A stretch of 64,000 nt of DNA from Candidatus Poribacteria bacterium (GTDB lineage: Bacteria > Poribacteria > WGA-4E > PCPOR2b): contig OZ220744.1 in the NCBI GenBank assembly GCA_965116925.1, positions 3,264,001 through 3,328,000 on the forward strand, written 5' to 3'. The translations under genes were made by a program, and so were the position numbers. This document shows, piece after piece, positions 50,226 through 60,352 of the stretch. Numbering within the stretch: position 1 is the first letter of the stretch; every line of letters begins with the position of its first letter. Under the pieces are notes generated by a model. The model had not been told where the DNA came from. It did no database searches and was given only the letters and a program-made list of their open reading frames with translations.

Positions 50226-51731
50226 ATGAAAAACAAATTATCTCGACGGCAATTTCTACGCGCTGGTGCGCTCGGAACCGTATCCGCAGCTGTCAGTCTC
50301 GGATTCTTAGGGTGTAGTCGGGCATTGATTCAAAAGGTGCCGGGCTTCAGACCTGAACTCTTTGAGTTTGCTCCGACTGCAAACCAACTCCTTGACCTCC
50401 CCGAAGGGTTTATCGCACACGCTTTTTCAAGAACGGGTGAAGAGATGGACGATGGACTCTGGGTGCCGGGCGGACACGATGGCATGGCAGCATTTCCGGG
50501 ACCTAACGGCAAAACTATCCTCGTCCGAAATCACGAATTGCAGGCTACTTCAAAAAACGTCGGAGCCTTTGGCTGGAATAACGAAAAGATTGAACCTGCT
50601 GCTATTGACAGATTCTATGACGCTGGATCCGGTGAACTACCGTGCCTCGGTGGGACAACGACGCTGGTTTATGACACGCAAACGCAGACATTGGAGCAAC
50701 ACTCCTTGAGTCTGATAGGAACGATCCGGAATTGTGCCGGTGGTCTCACGCCTTGGAATACGTGGCTTACTTGTGAAGAAACAATCCAGAAAGCAGAGGA
50801 GACGTACGAGGTGGAGCACGGGTACAATTTTGAGGTGCCGGCGTCCACTGACATAAAATTAGCCGACCCGATCCCACTAAAAGCGATGGGGCGTTTCAAT
50901 CATGAAGCGGTCGCTGTCGATCCCAAAAGTGGGATTGTCTATCAAACCGAGGATAGAGGGGACGGTTTAATCTATCGGTTCATCCCTGACAAGCCGGGCG
51001 AACTCGCTGCAGGCGGTAAACTTCAGGCATTGAAAATTCGGGACCGCAAGGGTGCAGATACCCGAAACTGGCGAAACCGGAAACAACAAGTTTTCTGGTG
51101 GACATATAATCCGATGCCGGTGGGAGAAACACTTGACGTTGAATGGGTAGATATTGAGAATGTGGAATCACCGGAGGATGACCTCCGCGTACAAGGGACT
51201 GAAGATAAAGGGGCCGCGAAGTTCGCTCGGGGCGAAGGGATATGGTACGGTGGTGACTCCGACAAGGGGGAATTCTATATCGCCTGCACAAATGGCGGCA
51301 TAAAACGCAAAGGACAAATCTGGAAATACGTGCCAAGCCCTTATGAAGGTACAAGCCGTGAGGAACAACACCCCGGCACGCTTCAACTCTTTATTGAGCC
51401 AAACGACAGCAATCTCATGGAGAATGCTGATAACTTGACAGTCACACCTTGGGGGGATTTAATCATCTGTGAAGATGGTCCAAACGAGGAATTCCTAATT
51501 GGCGTAACGCCCGAAGGAAACCTCTACCGGTTTGCTCGAAACGCTGGCAATCTATCAGAACTCGCGGGGGCAACATTCTCACCGGATGGCACGACGCTTT
51601 TTGTGAATATCCAGAGTCCTGGGATTACGCTCGCAATCACCGGTCCTTGGCATGAAATTCGACAACGTTCTGATATATTGTGGCAAAAGCCTAACAGTAC
51701 GACATTAACGAGCACGTCGCTTGGCAGCTAA
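50226..51731 (+). CDS. phoX: Alkaline phosphatase PhoX (DUF839), Tat-exported
   Basis: SRRQFL Tat motif, HDGMAAF, LVRNHE, RNCAGG.TPW.TWLTCEE, MGRFNHEA, TLFVNIQ.PG. Confidence 0.88.
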   Translation: MKNKLSRRQFLRAGALGTVSAAVSLGFLGCSRALIQKVPGFRPELFEFAPTANQLLDLPEGFIAHAFSRTGEEMDDGLWVPGGHDGMAAFPGPNGKTILVRNHELQATSKNVGAFGWNNEKIEPAAIDRFYDAGSGELPCLGGTTTLVYDTQTQTLEQHSLSLIGTIRNCAGGLTPWNTWLTCEETIQKAEETYEVEHGYNFEVPASTDIKLADPIPLKAMGRFNHEAVAVDPKSGIVYQTEDRGDGLIYRFIPDKPGELAAGGKLQALKIRDRKGADTRNWRNRKQQVFWWTYNPMPVGETLDVEWVDIENVESPEDDLRVQGTEDKGAAKFARGEGIWYGGDSDKGEFYIACTNGGIKRKGQIWKYVPSPYEGTSREEQHPGTLQLFIEPNDSNLMENADNLTVTPWGDLIICEDGPNEEFLIGVTPEGNLYRFARNAGNLSELAGATFSPDGTTLFVNIQSPGITLAITGPWHEIRQRSDILWQKPNSTTLTSTSLGS

Positions 51732-51757
51732 CAATCCTGCATTGGGAAGTTCCTTTT

Positions 51758-52071
51758 TATGGTGAATTCTCAAAATAAATGGACACTTTCGCCCCTCGGT
51801 TTCGATCCCGATTTATCGGGATTTGGTAGGCACTGTTTCTAACTGCGCCGATGCGGTTCGGTTTCCCACCGCACGGCATTCACTCCAACCCGGTAGGTGC
51901 GGTTTGATGAGATTTAAGTATTTAAATCGGTAATCCCTATTTTCCTCGAAACACACGGTAGGCGCGGTTTCCAACCGCGCCGGTGTCCATAACAAATTAC
52001 CGAATTATTTTTTTAATCTTCATGTAACCGCACCGATTTGGTGTGTCTCATTAATTCTAATGCCCACCATA
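51758..52071. mobile_element. Family A variant (TATGGTG...CACCATA) with nested family B (51907-52023) and extra REP cargo
   Basis: B sits at the same nucleotide as in the 30734 copy; compensatory change in the TIR. Confidence 0.8.
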
Positions 52072-52110
52072 AATGCCCCTAAATCAGCGACAATAAAATG
52101 CCGACACACC

Positions 52111-52229
52111 CTAGTACTCTGTCAGGCAAATTATGATTGTCTATATGGATTGAGACTCATAATACTTCGTAGGGGTCGGGTCACCCGACCCCCTTGTTGA
52201 TATGCAAAACTTATATGACTGAGTACTAG
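52111..52229. mobile_element. Family C MITE
   Basis: 119 bp, one visible difference from the other copies; follows a decayed family D end. Confidence 0.9.
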
Positions 52230-52279
52230 CAACTTGCGTTATCATATTAGAATTAGTCAACAATAGCGAGGGAAGAAAA

Positions 52280-53038
52280 ATGAGCGAACGAATTGCTATT
52301 GTCACCGGGGGAGCAAGTGGCATCGGTAAAGCCATCGCCGAAGTGCTTGCGAATGGTGGAGATCGAGTGGTCATTGCCGATCTAAACGAGGCTGCGGGAA
52401 AAGAGTTCGCTGATACAATCGGTGGCTATTTTGTGAAAGCGGATCTTTCCCAACGGGGAGACTGCCAACGCCTCGTGGACGAGACGTTGGTTCGCTACGG
52501 CCATATTCACATTCTGATCAACAACGCAGGTTTCCAGCATATCGATCCCATTGAGGTCTTTCCCGAAGACACTTGGGATAAAATGCTAGCAGTGATGCTC
52601 ACCGCACCCTTCTTGCTGACCAAATACGTCTGGGGCTCGATGAAAACCCACGGGTGGGGACGCATCGTCAACATCTCCTCCATTCACGGACGGGTCGCTT
52701 CGCCCTTCAAGAGTGCCTACATCACAGCCAAACACGGTCTCATCGGCTTCACGCGCACCGCGGCGTTGGAGGGCGGCGAACACGGTATCACCGTCAATGC
52801 CATCTGCCCGGCGTATGTCCGCACACCTCTGGTTGAAAGCCAAATTGCCGACCAAGCGCGGACACGTGGGATTTCGACGGAGGATGTCGTCGAGCAGGTG
52901 ATGTTAGCACCCGCCGCCATCAAGCGACTCATCACACCGGACGAAGTCGCTGCCCTTATCGTTTACCTCTGCTCTGATGTGGCTGGCGCGATCACCGGGG
53001 CGGATTGGGCTATAGATCTGGGTTGGACTGCGAGATAG
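52280..53038 (+). CDS. bdhA: 3-hydroxybutyrate dehydrogenase (SDR)
   Basis: [49 protein letters not shown]. Confidence 0.85.
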   Translation: MSERIAIVTGGASGIGKAIAEVLANGGDRVVIADLNEAAGKEFADTIGGYFVKADLSQRGDCQRLVDETLVRYGHIHILINNAGFQHIDPIEVFPEDTWDKMLAVMLTAPFLLTKYVWGSMKTHGWGRIVNISSIHGRVASPFKSAYITAKHGLIGFTRTAALEGGEHGITVNAICPAYVRTPLVESQIADQARTRGISTEDVVEQVMLAPAAIKRLITPDEVAALIVYLCSDVAGAITGADWAIDLGWTAR

Positions 53039-53049
53039 GGGAGGTACAG

Positions 53050-54645
53050 ATGCAGGCTGATCTGCTGATTTACGGTGGAACTGTTATTGACGGAACAGCA
53101 GCCCCACCTTTCCGTGCGGATGTGGCGATTAAGGATGGCAAAATCTTTGACATTGGAGCGATAGAAAAACAGAAGGGTATACCGTGCATAGATGCTCAAG
53201 GTCTCTTTGTCGCGCCCGGCTTCATCGATATCCACAGCCACTCCGATTTCACGATAATCCTCGATCCGCGGGCGATGAGCTCAATCACCCAAGGCGTTAC
53301 CCTTGAAGTCGTTGGTAACTGCGGTCACGGCTGCGCTCCCATCGGCGATCCAGAATTGGCAAAAATGAACATCTACGGATACCAAGAGGGGCACGAAATC
53401 GGTTGGCGTACCATGGCTGAATACCTAGAATGCCTTGAAGCGGGCAAGCCAGCGGTCAATGTGGTATCTCTCGTTCCGAACGGTAACTTACGCCTCACCG
53501 TCGCTGGACTGGTGGATCGTCCCTCAACCCCCGATGAACTCAGGCAGATGAAAAACCTGCTAACACAGAGCCTAGAGGAAGGGGCATTCGGTTTCTCCAC
53601 AGGTCTCGAATACGGACCCGAAAGGGATTGTACCGAAGCAGAGATCATCGAACTCTGTCGCGTGGCATCTGATGCCGGGAGCTTCTATGCGACCCACACC
53701 CGCAATCGGGACGGGGAAGCGCAGGAAACCATCGCGGAGGCAATCCGGACCGGGGCTGCATCAAACCTGCCTGTACAGATCTCCCACATCTCCGTCGTCT
53801 CGCGGCTCGCTGAAGATGGGCAATGGGCAATCGAGAACGCGCTCCGACAGGTTGACGAAGCACAGGATAGCGGGTTGGATGTTGGATTTGATATGCACAC
53901 ACGGCTGTTCGGAACCACCAATCTGAGCGCTGCCCTGCCACCGTGGGCACTGGAAGGGGACACAGCTGCCATTGCTGCGCGATTGCGATCGGCTGCCACC
54001 CGCCGAGAGTTGAAAACCTATCCCAGCATCATCACCGCCTTGGCACGGGGGGATTGGAACAACATCGTCCTCTTTAAGGGCAAAGCGCGCCCCGAACTCT
54101 CCCGTAAGAGCATCGCTGAAATCAGCGAATTGACAGGCGTTGATCCATTTGACGCTATCTACGACCTGCTGCTCGCTGAAATTGACGACCTCCACAGCCT
54201 GATGATTCTTGCCTTCACCTATCGGGAAGAGGATATCCGCAGCGCCTTTGAGCACCCTAGTTGCATGGTCGGCTCCGATGCCACCGCGTTGGCAACCGAC
54301 GGTCCGTTAGGAGGGACGTCGTTCCACGGTGCGTACACCTGGGCCTCCTGGTTCTATCGGCACTTTGTGCACGACAAGAGGACGCTTAGCCCACAAGAGG
54401 CTATCCGCCGGATCACGTCGCTGCCAGCCAGCCGACTCGGTTTAACTGATCGGGGTGCCCTGTGCAAGGGGGCGTGGGCGGACGTGGCAATTTTCGATCC
54501 ACAAACCTTCGCAGATCAGGGCACCACCTTTGAACCGAACCAGACCGCTATCGGTATGCACCATGTCATCGTCAATGGAAAGGTGGCTCTCAAAGATGGG
54601 AAGTTGACCGGAGAACGTAGCGGGCAGGTCCTGCGACGCGCATAA
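53050..54645 (+). CDS. N-acyl-D-amino-acid deacylase family protein
   Basis: APGFIDIHSHSD, QGVT.EVVGNCG, GFSTGLEY, QISH, MVGSDA. Confidence 0.92.
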   Translation: MQADLLIYGGTVIDGTAAPPFRADVAIKDGKIFDIGAIEKQKGIPCIDAQGLFVAPGFIDIHSHSDFTIILDPRAMSSITQGVTLEVVGNCGHGCAPIGDPELAKMNIYGYQEGHEIGWRTMAEYLECLEAGKPAVNVVSLVPNGNLRLTVAGLVDRPSTPDELRQMKNLLTQSLEEGAFGFSTGLEYGPERDCTEAEIIELCRVASDAGSFYATHTRNRDGEAQETIAEAIRTGAASNLPVQISHISVVSRLAEDGQWAIENALRQVDEAQDSGLDVGFDMHTRLFGTTNLSAALPPWALEGDTAAIAARLRSAATRRELKTYPSIITALARGDWNNIVLFKGKARPELSRKSIAEISELTGVDPFDAIYDLLLAEIDDLHSLMILAFTYREEDIRSAFEHPSCMVGSDATALATDGPLGGTSFHGAYTWASWFYRHFVHDKRTLSPQEAIRRITSLPASRLGLTDRGALCKGAWADVAIFDPQTFADQGTTFEPNQTAIGMHHVIVNGKVALKDGKLTGERSGQVLRRA

Positions 54646-54690
54646 GATAACTCAGGTTGATAGTAGTAGGCATGAGGTGAGTGTCCAATC

Positions 54691-54780
54691 GTAGGGGCGA
54701 GGTCTCCTCGCCCAACGGGTTAGGAAACCCAACCTCTACGCGAATTGCACCAATGTAGGGGCAACCCTTGTGGTTGCCCG
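54691..54780. repeat. REP doublet plus REP (same order as 7779-7868)
   Basis: gtaggggcgaggtctcctcgccc...aacctctac; gtaggggcaacccttgtggttgccc. Confidence 0.8.
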
Positions 54781-54842
54781 AAATACTTGGATAAATACCG
54801 ATCTTATGAAAGCACCCAAATGGGGAAACAACCGAAAGGAAT

Positions 54843-56102
54843 ATGTCCGTGACACAGAAAACAGACGGTAACAGAATCCGCGTTGGCGTCGTTGGGGTCG
54901 GACGCGGAATGAGTTTTGCACAAGGAGCTCCCTTTGTTGGTATGGAGTTGGTCGCACTCTGCGATACATGGGAGGCAAAGCTGCATGAGGCGGGGCAAAA
55001 ATTAAACGTTACGACCTACACCGATTACGATCAATTCCTCTCCCACGACATGGACGCCGTTGTGTTAGCAAACTACTTTCATCAGCACGCTCCCTTTGCC
55101 GTCAAAGCCCTTGAGGCGGGACTACATGTGATGACTGAAACGATGGCGTGTGGGACACCGGCGGAGGGCGTCGCATTGGCGAGGGCGGTAGACAAGTCCG
55201 GCAAGATTTTTCTATTTGCCGAAAATTACCCCTATTTTGCCTACAATCAAGAGATGCGCCGCCTTTACCAAAATGACGAGGTCGGTGAGGTACAGTACGC
55301 CGAAGGGGAGTACAACCACCCCTTCGATTCACGCGGTTACAATCAATTATCGCCGGGGATGAACCACTGGCGCAATTGGATTCCGTCTACCTACTACTGC
55401 TCACACGCGCTTGCGCCCATTATGTTCATCACCGACACCCATCCGGTGAGCGTGAACGCGTTGTCAATCCCCCGATCCGAAAGCGATACCGAGAAATTGA
55501 GCGTCCAGCGAGGCGACCCCGGTGGCATCATCCTCTGTCGCATGGACAACAATTCGGTCGTCCGAATTATGGGGCTGAAGATGCGCGGGCACGGCGTCTG
55601 GTATCGGATCCACGGTTCACGTGGGCTGATGGAGAATCTACGTTCTGGTGCCCCCGGCTCCCTACGCGTGCTGCACGAGCCGTGGGATCTGCGCGAGGGA
55701 GATGAAGCCGAAAAGATTTACGCGCCAGATTTTCCCCACCACGCTGAGGATGCGCGACGGGCAGGACATGGCGGTGGCGATTTCTTCACCAACTACCATT
55801 TCGCCGAAGCCATCCGCAAAGATGAAAGGCCCTATTTCGATATCTATCGTGGGCTTGAGATGGCGATGGTGGGGATTCAGGCGTGGCGGTCATGTCTGGG
55901 TAACGGCACACCTTACGAGATTCCCGATTTCCGCCAAGAATCCGTCCGAAAAGCGTACGAGGACGATAACTGGTCTCCTTGGCCCCAAGACCAAGGTCCC
56001 GGTCAGCCACCGCCTAGCGTCAACGGGTTCAATCCGCCGAGCGAGGACGCTATCGCCTATGCCCGCAAGGTTTGGGACGAGATGGGTTACAAGGGAGAAT
56101 GA
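54843..56102 (+). CDS. Gfo/Idh/MocA oxidoreductase
   Basis: VGVVGVGRG, AENYPY, AEGEYNH, AGHGGGDF. Confidence 0.9.
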   Translation: MSVTQKTDGNRIRVGVVGVGRGMSFAQGAPFVGMELVALCDTWEAKLHEAGQKLNVTTYTDYDQFLSHDMDAVVLANYFHQHAPFAVKALEAGLHVMTETMACGTPAEGVALARAVDKSGKIFLFAENYPYFAYNQEMRRLYQNDEVGEVQYAEGEYNHPFDSRGYNQLSPGMNHWRNWIPSTYYCSHALAPIMFITDTHPVSVNALSIPRSESDTEKLSVQRGDPGGIILCRMDNNSVVRIMGLKMRGHGVWYRIHGSRGLMENLRSGAPGSLRVLHEPWDLREGDEAEKIYAPDFPHHAEDARRAGHGGGDFFTNYHFAEAIRKDERPYFDIYRGLEMAMVGIQAWRSCLGNGTPYEIPDFRQESVRKAYEDDNWSPWPQDQGPGQPPPSVNGFNPPSEDAIAYARKVWDEMGYKGE

Positions 56103-56133
56103 GCCGTTGGGACGTTAGCAGACAGGAGGCTTT

Positions 56134-59100
56134 CTATGCTGCCCAATCCACACACAACGCCTCGGCTTGTTCTAGTACCGTTGTGGTAGCACTCTCTTGT
56201 CTGTCAGGTGGGTAGCCGTGTCTGCGAAGAACGCGTTTCACCATCACCCGTAGCCTTGCGCGAACGCTTTCCCTTAGTGTCCAGTCGATCGTCACATTTC
56301 GCCGAACGGTTTCCACCAATTCGATCGCGATGGTTCGCAGCGTTTCGTCACCTAACACTTGCACCGCACTATCGTTGACCTCAAGCGCGTCGTAGAATGC
56401 TAGTTCATCATCTGAAAGCCCTAGTGCCTCGCCACGTTCTTGTGCCTCGCGCATCTCTTTTGCAATTTCAATCAGTTCCTCGATTACCTGTGCCGCTGCA
56501 ACCGTACGGTTCTGATAGGTACGAATCGAACGTTCCAACATCTCTGCAAACGAACGCCCTTGTACGACATTTTTCCGTGAGTGACTCCTAATCTCATCGT
56601 TGAGCAACCGTTCCAAAAGTTCAACCGCCACATTTTTGTATGGCAATTCGCGTACTTCAAGGAGAAATTCGTCGGAGAGAATTGAGACATCGGGTCGCTC
56701 CAACCCTGCGGCAGCAAAAATATCAATCACACCTTCAGAAACGACTGCTCTAGATACTAACTGTCGTATCGCCTGCTCTGTCGCCTCAGACTGCACTTCC
56801 TCTGTAGCGGTCGGTTTCGCCAAAACACTTCTCACCGTCTGAAAAAAATCGACATCGTCGCGAATCTCTGTCGTCTCTTCGTGCGGCACTGCCAGCGCAA
56901 ACGCTTTCGAGAGTGCAGTAACCGTCTCTAGTAGGCGGGTTTTGCCATCCTGCTGCCTCAGAATGTGTTCTTGCGCCGCAGGTAGTAATCTAAGGCGGTC
57001 TGTGGCGTTCCCATCAATCCACGTCGACCAATCGAAACCGTGAAACAGTCCGCAGCAGATCTCGTGCTTTTCTTGCATCACAGCGACCTCCTCCGCTTTA
57101 TCAACGGCGGTGCTCCCTTTTCCCCCGTTTTCGGTATAGTTCGCTAACGCCTGTTTCAGGTGGTAGGCAAGCCCAATGTAGTCCACAATTAAACCGCCCG
57201 GTTTGTCACCGAACACCCGATTGACACGGGCAATGGCTTGCATCAGTCCATGTCCGCGCATCGGCTTGTCCACATACATGGTATGAAGGCTAGGTGCGTC
57301 AAACCCTGTTAGCCACATATCACGGACAATCACCACTTTCAACGGATCTTTGGGGTTTTTGAATCGTACCGCGATCTCTTCTCGCCGAGCCTTGTTGCGG
57401 ATATGCTGCTGCCACGACGGATCATCATCGGACGAACCTGTCATCACAACCTTGATTTCTCCTTGCTTGTCATCGTCATCATGCCACTCTGGATGGCGTT
57501 CGACAATGGCGTTGTAGAGGTCAACGCAGATACGCCGGCTCATACAGACAATCATCGCCTTGCCATCTATTGCTTCCAACCGTTCTTCAAAGTGTGTAAC
57601 AATATCATCCGCAATGAGTCCCAACCGCTTTTCCGTTCCCACCAATGCCTCAAGTTGCGCCCATTTGGTCTTGAGTCTCTCTTTGCGTGCAACCTCCTCT
57701 CCTTCGGTTGCCTCCTCAAAGTCCGGGTCAACGTGAGGCTTTTCGTCCTGATCCAATTCAATTTTGGCGAGACGGCTTTCGTAGTAAATCGGAACGGTGG
57801 CACCGTCATCAACCGCACGTTGTATGTCGTAGATGCTGATGTAATCTCCGAAAACTCGACGAGTATCGCGATCTGCGGTTTCAATCGGCGTGCCAGTAAA
57901 ACCGATAAAAGAAGCATTTGGGAGTGCGTCTCGGATATGACGGGCAAATCCGCTGATAAAATCGTATTGGCTGCGATGCGCCTCGTCCGCGATAACCACA
58001 ATGTTTCGCCGATCGGATAGTAAGGGGAAACGGGTTTCATCACCCTCTGGAAAAAACTTTTGGACTGTGGTAAAGACTACCCTGCCTGAAGCGACTGTCA
58101 GAAGTTCGCGTAGATGTCCTCTATCGCTTGCTTGCACCGGGATTTGTCGCAAAAGTTGACTACACCGGGAAAATGTGCCGAACAGCTGCTCATCTAGGTC
58201 GTTTCGGTCCGTGATAACAACCAACGTCGGGTTTGCCATCTGCGGATGCTGGACGATGCTGCCGGCATAAAAAGCCATGGTCAAACTCTTGCCCGAACCC
58301 TGCGTGTGCCACACGACGCCGCACTGTTTGTCCCCTTCCGGGCGCGATGCTTCTACCGTCGTATCGACTGCCGTTTTCACAGCGTGGACCTGGTGATAAC
58401 CCGCAATCTTTTTGGCTATCGTCTCGCCCTCAGTCTCTTCAAAGACGACAAAGTGTTTGAGATAGCTCAAAAATCTGCCCTTCTCAAAGATTCCTTTAAG
58501 TAACACCTCTAGTTCTAATTCGGTTGAAGGTGCCTCGTCCTCTCCCTCTATCGTCCGCCACGGCAGAAACCATTCATTATCAGCGGTCAGGGACCCGACG
58601 TGAGCCTCTAACCCGTCAGAAATGATAACTGCCTCGTTATAGGTGAATAGCGAGGGGATTTCTTGCTTGTAGGTACAGATTTGGCGAAATGCCGTTAGGA
58701 TGGTGGCTTTTTCGTCGGTCGGGTTTTTGAGCTCGATCACGGCTAGGGGCAGCCCGTTGATAAACAGCACAACGTCCGGGCGGCGTTCGCTGCTCTCTAC
58801 CACTGTGAATTGGTTGACCACCAACCAGTCATTGTTTTCAGGTGAATCAAAATCAACCAACCGCACCCGCTCACCCCGCATCGTACCGTCCGGCTGTCGA
58901 GCCTCAACCTCTATCCCATCGACTAGCATCAAATGGAATGCACGGTTGTTCTGTATCAATGCGGGGGAATCGGGATAAAGCACTTTTCGGATTGTGTCCT
59001 CTTGTGCTTCGGCGGGTAGGTTTGGATTCAGGCGGGCAACTGCATCGCGTAAACGACGCTCTAAAATTACTTCGCTATAGGTAGAGCGTTCGGCATCGGG

Positions 59101-59208
59101 AGCCTCCGGGGCGATGTCGGGTCCGTGTAAAACGGTATAGTCTATTTCAGCGAGCCAATCGAGCGCGGCTTCTTCGATATCGGATTCGTAAATCGTGTTG
59201 AGATTCAT
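56134..59208 (-). CDS. hsdR: Type I restriction endonuclease subunit R
   Basis: [20 protein letters not shown] nuclease motif, [42 protein letters not shown]. Confidence 0.97.
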   Translation of the reverse strand: MNLNTIYESDIEEAALDWLAEIDYTVLHGPDIAPEAPDAERSTYSEVILERRLRDAVARLNPNLPAEAQEDTIRKVLYPDSPALIQNNRAFHLMLVDGIEVEARQPDGTMRGERVRLVDFDSPENNDWLVVNQFTVVESSERRPDVVLFINGLPLAVIELKNPTDEKATILTAFRQICTYKQEIPSLFTYNEAVIISDGLEAHVGSLTADNEWFLPWRTIEGEDEAPSTELELEVLLKGIFEKGRFLSYLKHFVVFEETEGETIAKKIAGYHQVHAVKTAVDTTVEASRPEGDKQCGVVWHTQGSGKSLTMAFYAGSIVQHPQMANPTLVVITDRNDLDEQLFGTFSRCSQLLRQIPVQASDRGHLRELLTVASGRVVFTTVQKFFPEGDETRFPLLSDRRNIVVIADEAHRSQYDFISGFARHIRDALPNASFIGFTGTPIETADRDTRRVFGDYISIYDIQRAVDDGATVPIYYESRLAKIELDQDEKPHVDPDFEEATEGEEVARKERLKTKWAQLEALVGTEKRLGLIADDIVTHFEERLEAIDGKAMIVCMSRRICVDLYNAIVERHPEWHDDDDKQGEIKVVMTGSSDDDPSWQQHIRNKARREEIAVRFKNPKDPLKVVIVRDMWLTGFDAPSLHTMYVDKPMRGHGLMQAIARVNRVFGDKPGGLIVDYIGLAYHLKQALANYTENGGKGSTAVDKAEEVAVMQEKHEICCGLFHGFDWSTWIDGNATDRLRLLPAAQEHILRQQDGKTRLLETVTALSKAFALAVPHEETTEIRDDVDFFQTVRSVLAKPTATEEVQSEATEQAIRQLVSRAVVSEGVIDIFAAAGLERPDVSILSDEFLLEVRELPYKNVAVELLERLLNDEIRSHSRKNVVQGRSFAEMLERSIRTYQNRTVAAAQVIEELIEIAKEMREAQERGEALGLSDDELAFYDALEVNDSAVQVLGDETLRTIAIELVETVRRNVTIDWTLRESVRARLRVMVKRVLRRHGYPPDRQESATTTVLEQAEALCVDWAA

Positions 59209-59287
59209 ATTATTGCCTCAATACGGAGGACTGTTTGTTGCGGCATCTAAATTACCTCCGATATCTTATTTGAAACATATTGAACCA

Positions 59288-60340
59288 TTATTCTGCTTCC
59301 CCTTGCTGTTGAGTGTACCGATTCACAAAATCCGCACTATCAATATCCGGTTGACCTTGCCGTGCATAGAACGAAGAAAAGCGTGATACAATATCCTTTA
59401 CAAAAAAAGGCGATATCTGAATTGCAGGATCCTCAAATTGGTCTTCAAAATCGGCCTTGTGCAGCGTTTTCAGTTTTCTGAAGTTGAGAACCCCACCTTC
59501 AAAAAAATCAGTTTGGGGTAGCCAATGCGAGTATTGGCGTCTGTTATTAACAATTTCTCGGACTTTGCTTTTGCTCCTACTGCCCTCTAATGCCTCATTC
59601 ATACTCTCGATCTCAACAAGAAGAATATGATCTGTGTTGGATTTACCATTCCGTCTAATAACAAGATCACACGCTGGACTCAGAATCGCAAACTGCTGCT
59701 CCCCCGTTTTTTCTTTCACAATACTTCCAGTGGTGATAGTGTCTAACAACGGTGGGGATAGGTAGACCTCCTCTGGAAAACAGTTTTCTTCACCTTCCTC
59801 AAGAAGTTGAAACAAGTGATTCAGGGCGTATCGGAGGAGAGCCTTTTCGGTGCGTTCTAGATCTGTTTCTCCATAAGACACCCACGTTTCTATCTGTGGT
59901 AGAAGATTTTTGAGAAAGACTTCAGTTAGATTTTCTTCAATAATACCTCTTCCTCCCATAATACGAGTCAGTCCTGTGTTATATATTCCTTGAAACAGTG
60001 CAAGATCAGAGTCGTATGTTTCAACTGTACGATGACGCTTCTTAATGACGGAGGGATGATCAATAACCTCGCTGACGAAAGCTGTGACGAAAATAATCGG
60101 TATTCTGGTAAATGGATCGTGAAGTTGACGAACAATTTTATTTCCACCCTCTTTATCATTACCCAGTCTCAAGTCAATAATTGCACCATCATAAGAACCA
60201 TCTATTTTGCTTAAAGCACTCAAGAGATCTTCGGCTATCTCATATTCAACTTTTAACTGATTTCTATCATTGAATACTTCTACAGAATTCTTAAATGCCT
60301 CCCGTTGATTTGGTATGTCTTCAACAAGTAGAATTTTCAT
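59288..60340 (-). CDS. Response-regulator receiver fused to an uncharacterised (MazF/PemK-like?) output domain
   Basis: KILLVED, AIID56L, IIFVT86; C-terminal TGSIV...AILSPACDL...RFSSFYARQGQPD; no HTH. Confidence 0.8.
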   Translation of the reverse strand: MKILLVEDIPNQREAFKNSVEVFNDRNQLKVEYEIAEDLLSALSKIDGSYDGAIIDLRLGNDKEGGNKIVRQLHDPFTRIPIIFVTAFVSEVIDHPSVIKKRHRTVETYDSDLALFQGIYNTGLTRIMGGRGIIEENLTEVFLKNLLPQIETWVSYGETDLERTEKALLRYALNHLFQLLEEGEENCFPEEVYLSPPLLDTITTGSIVKEKTGEQQFAILSPACDLVIRRNGKSNTDHILLVEIESMNEALEGSRSKSKVREIVNNRRQYSHWLPQTDFFEGGVLNFRKLKTLHKADFEDQFEDPAIQISPFFVKDIVSRFSSFYARQGQPDIDSADFVNRYTQQQGEAE

Positions 60341-60352
60341 TGTATTCCCTTT

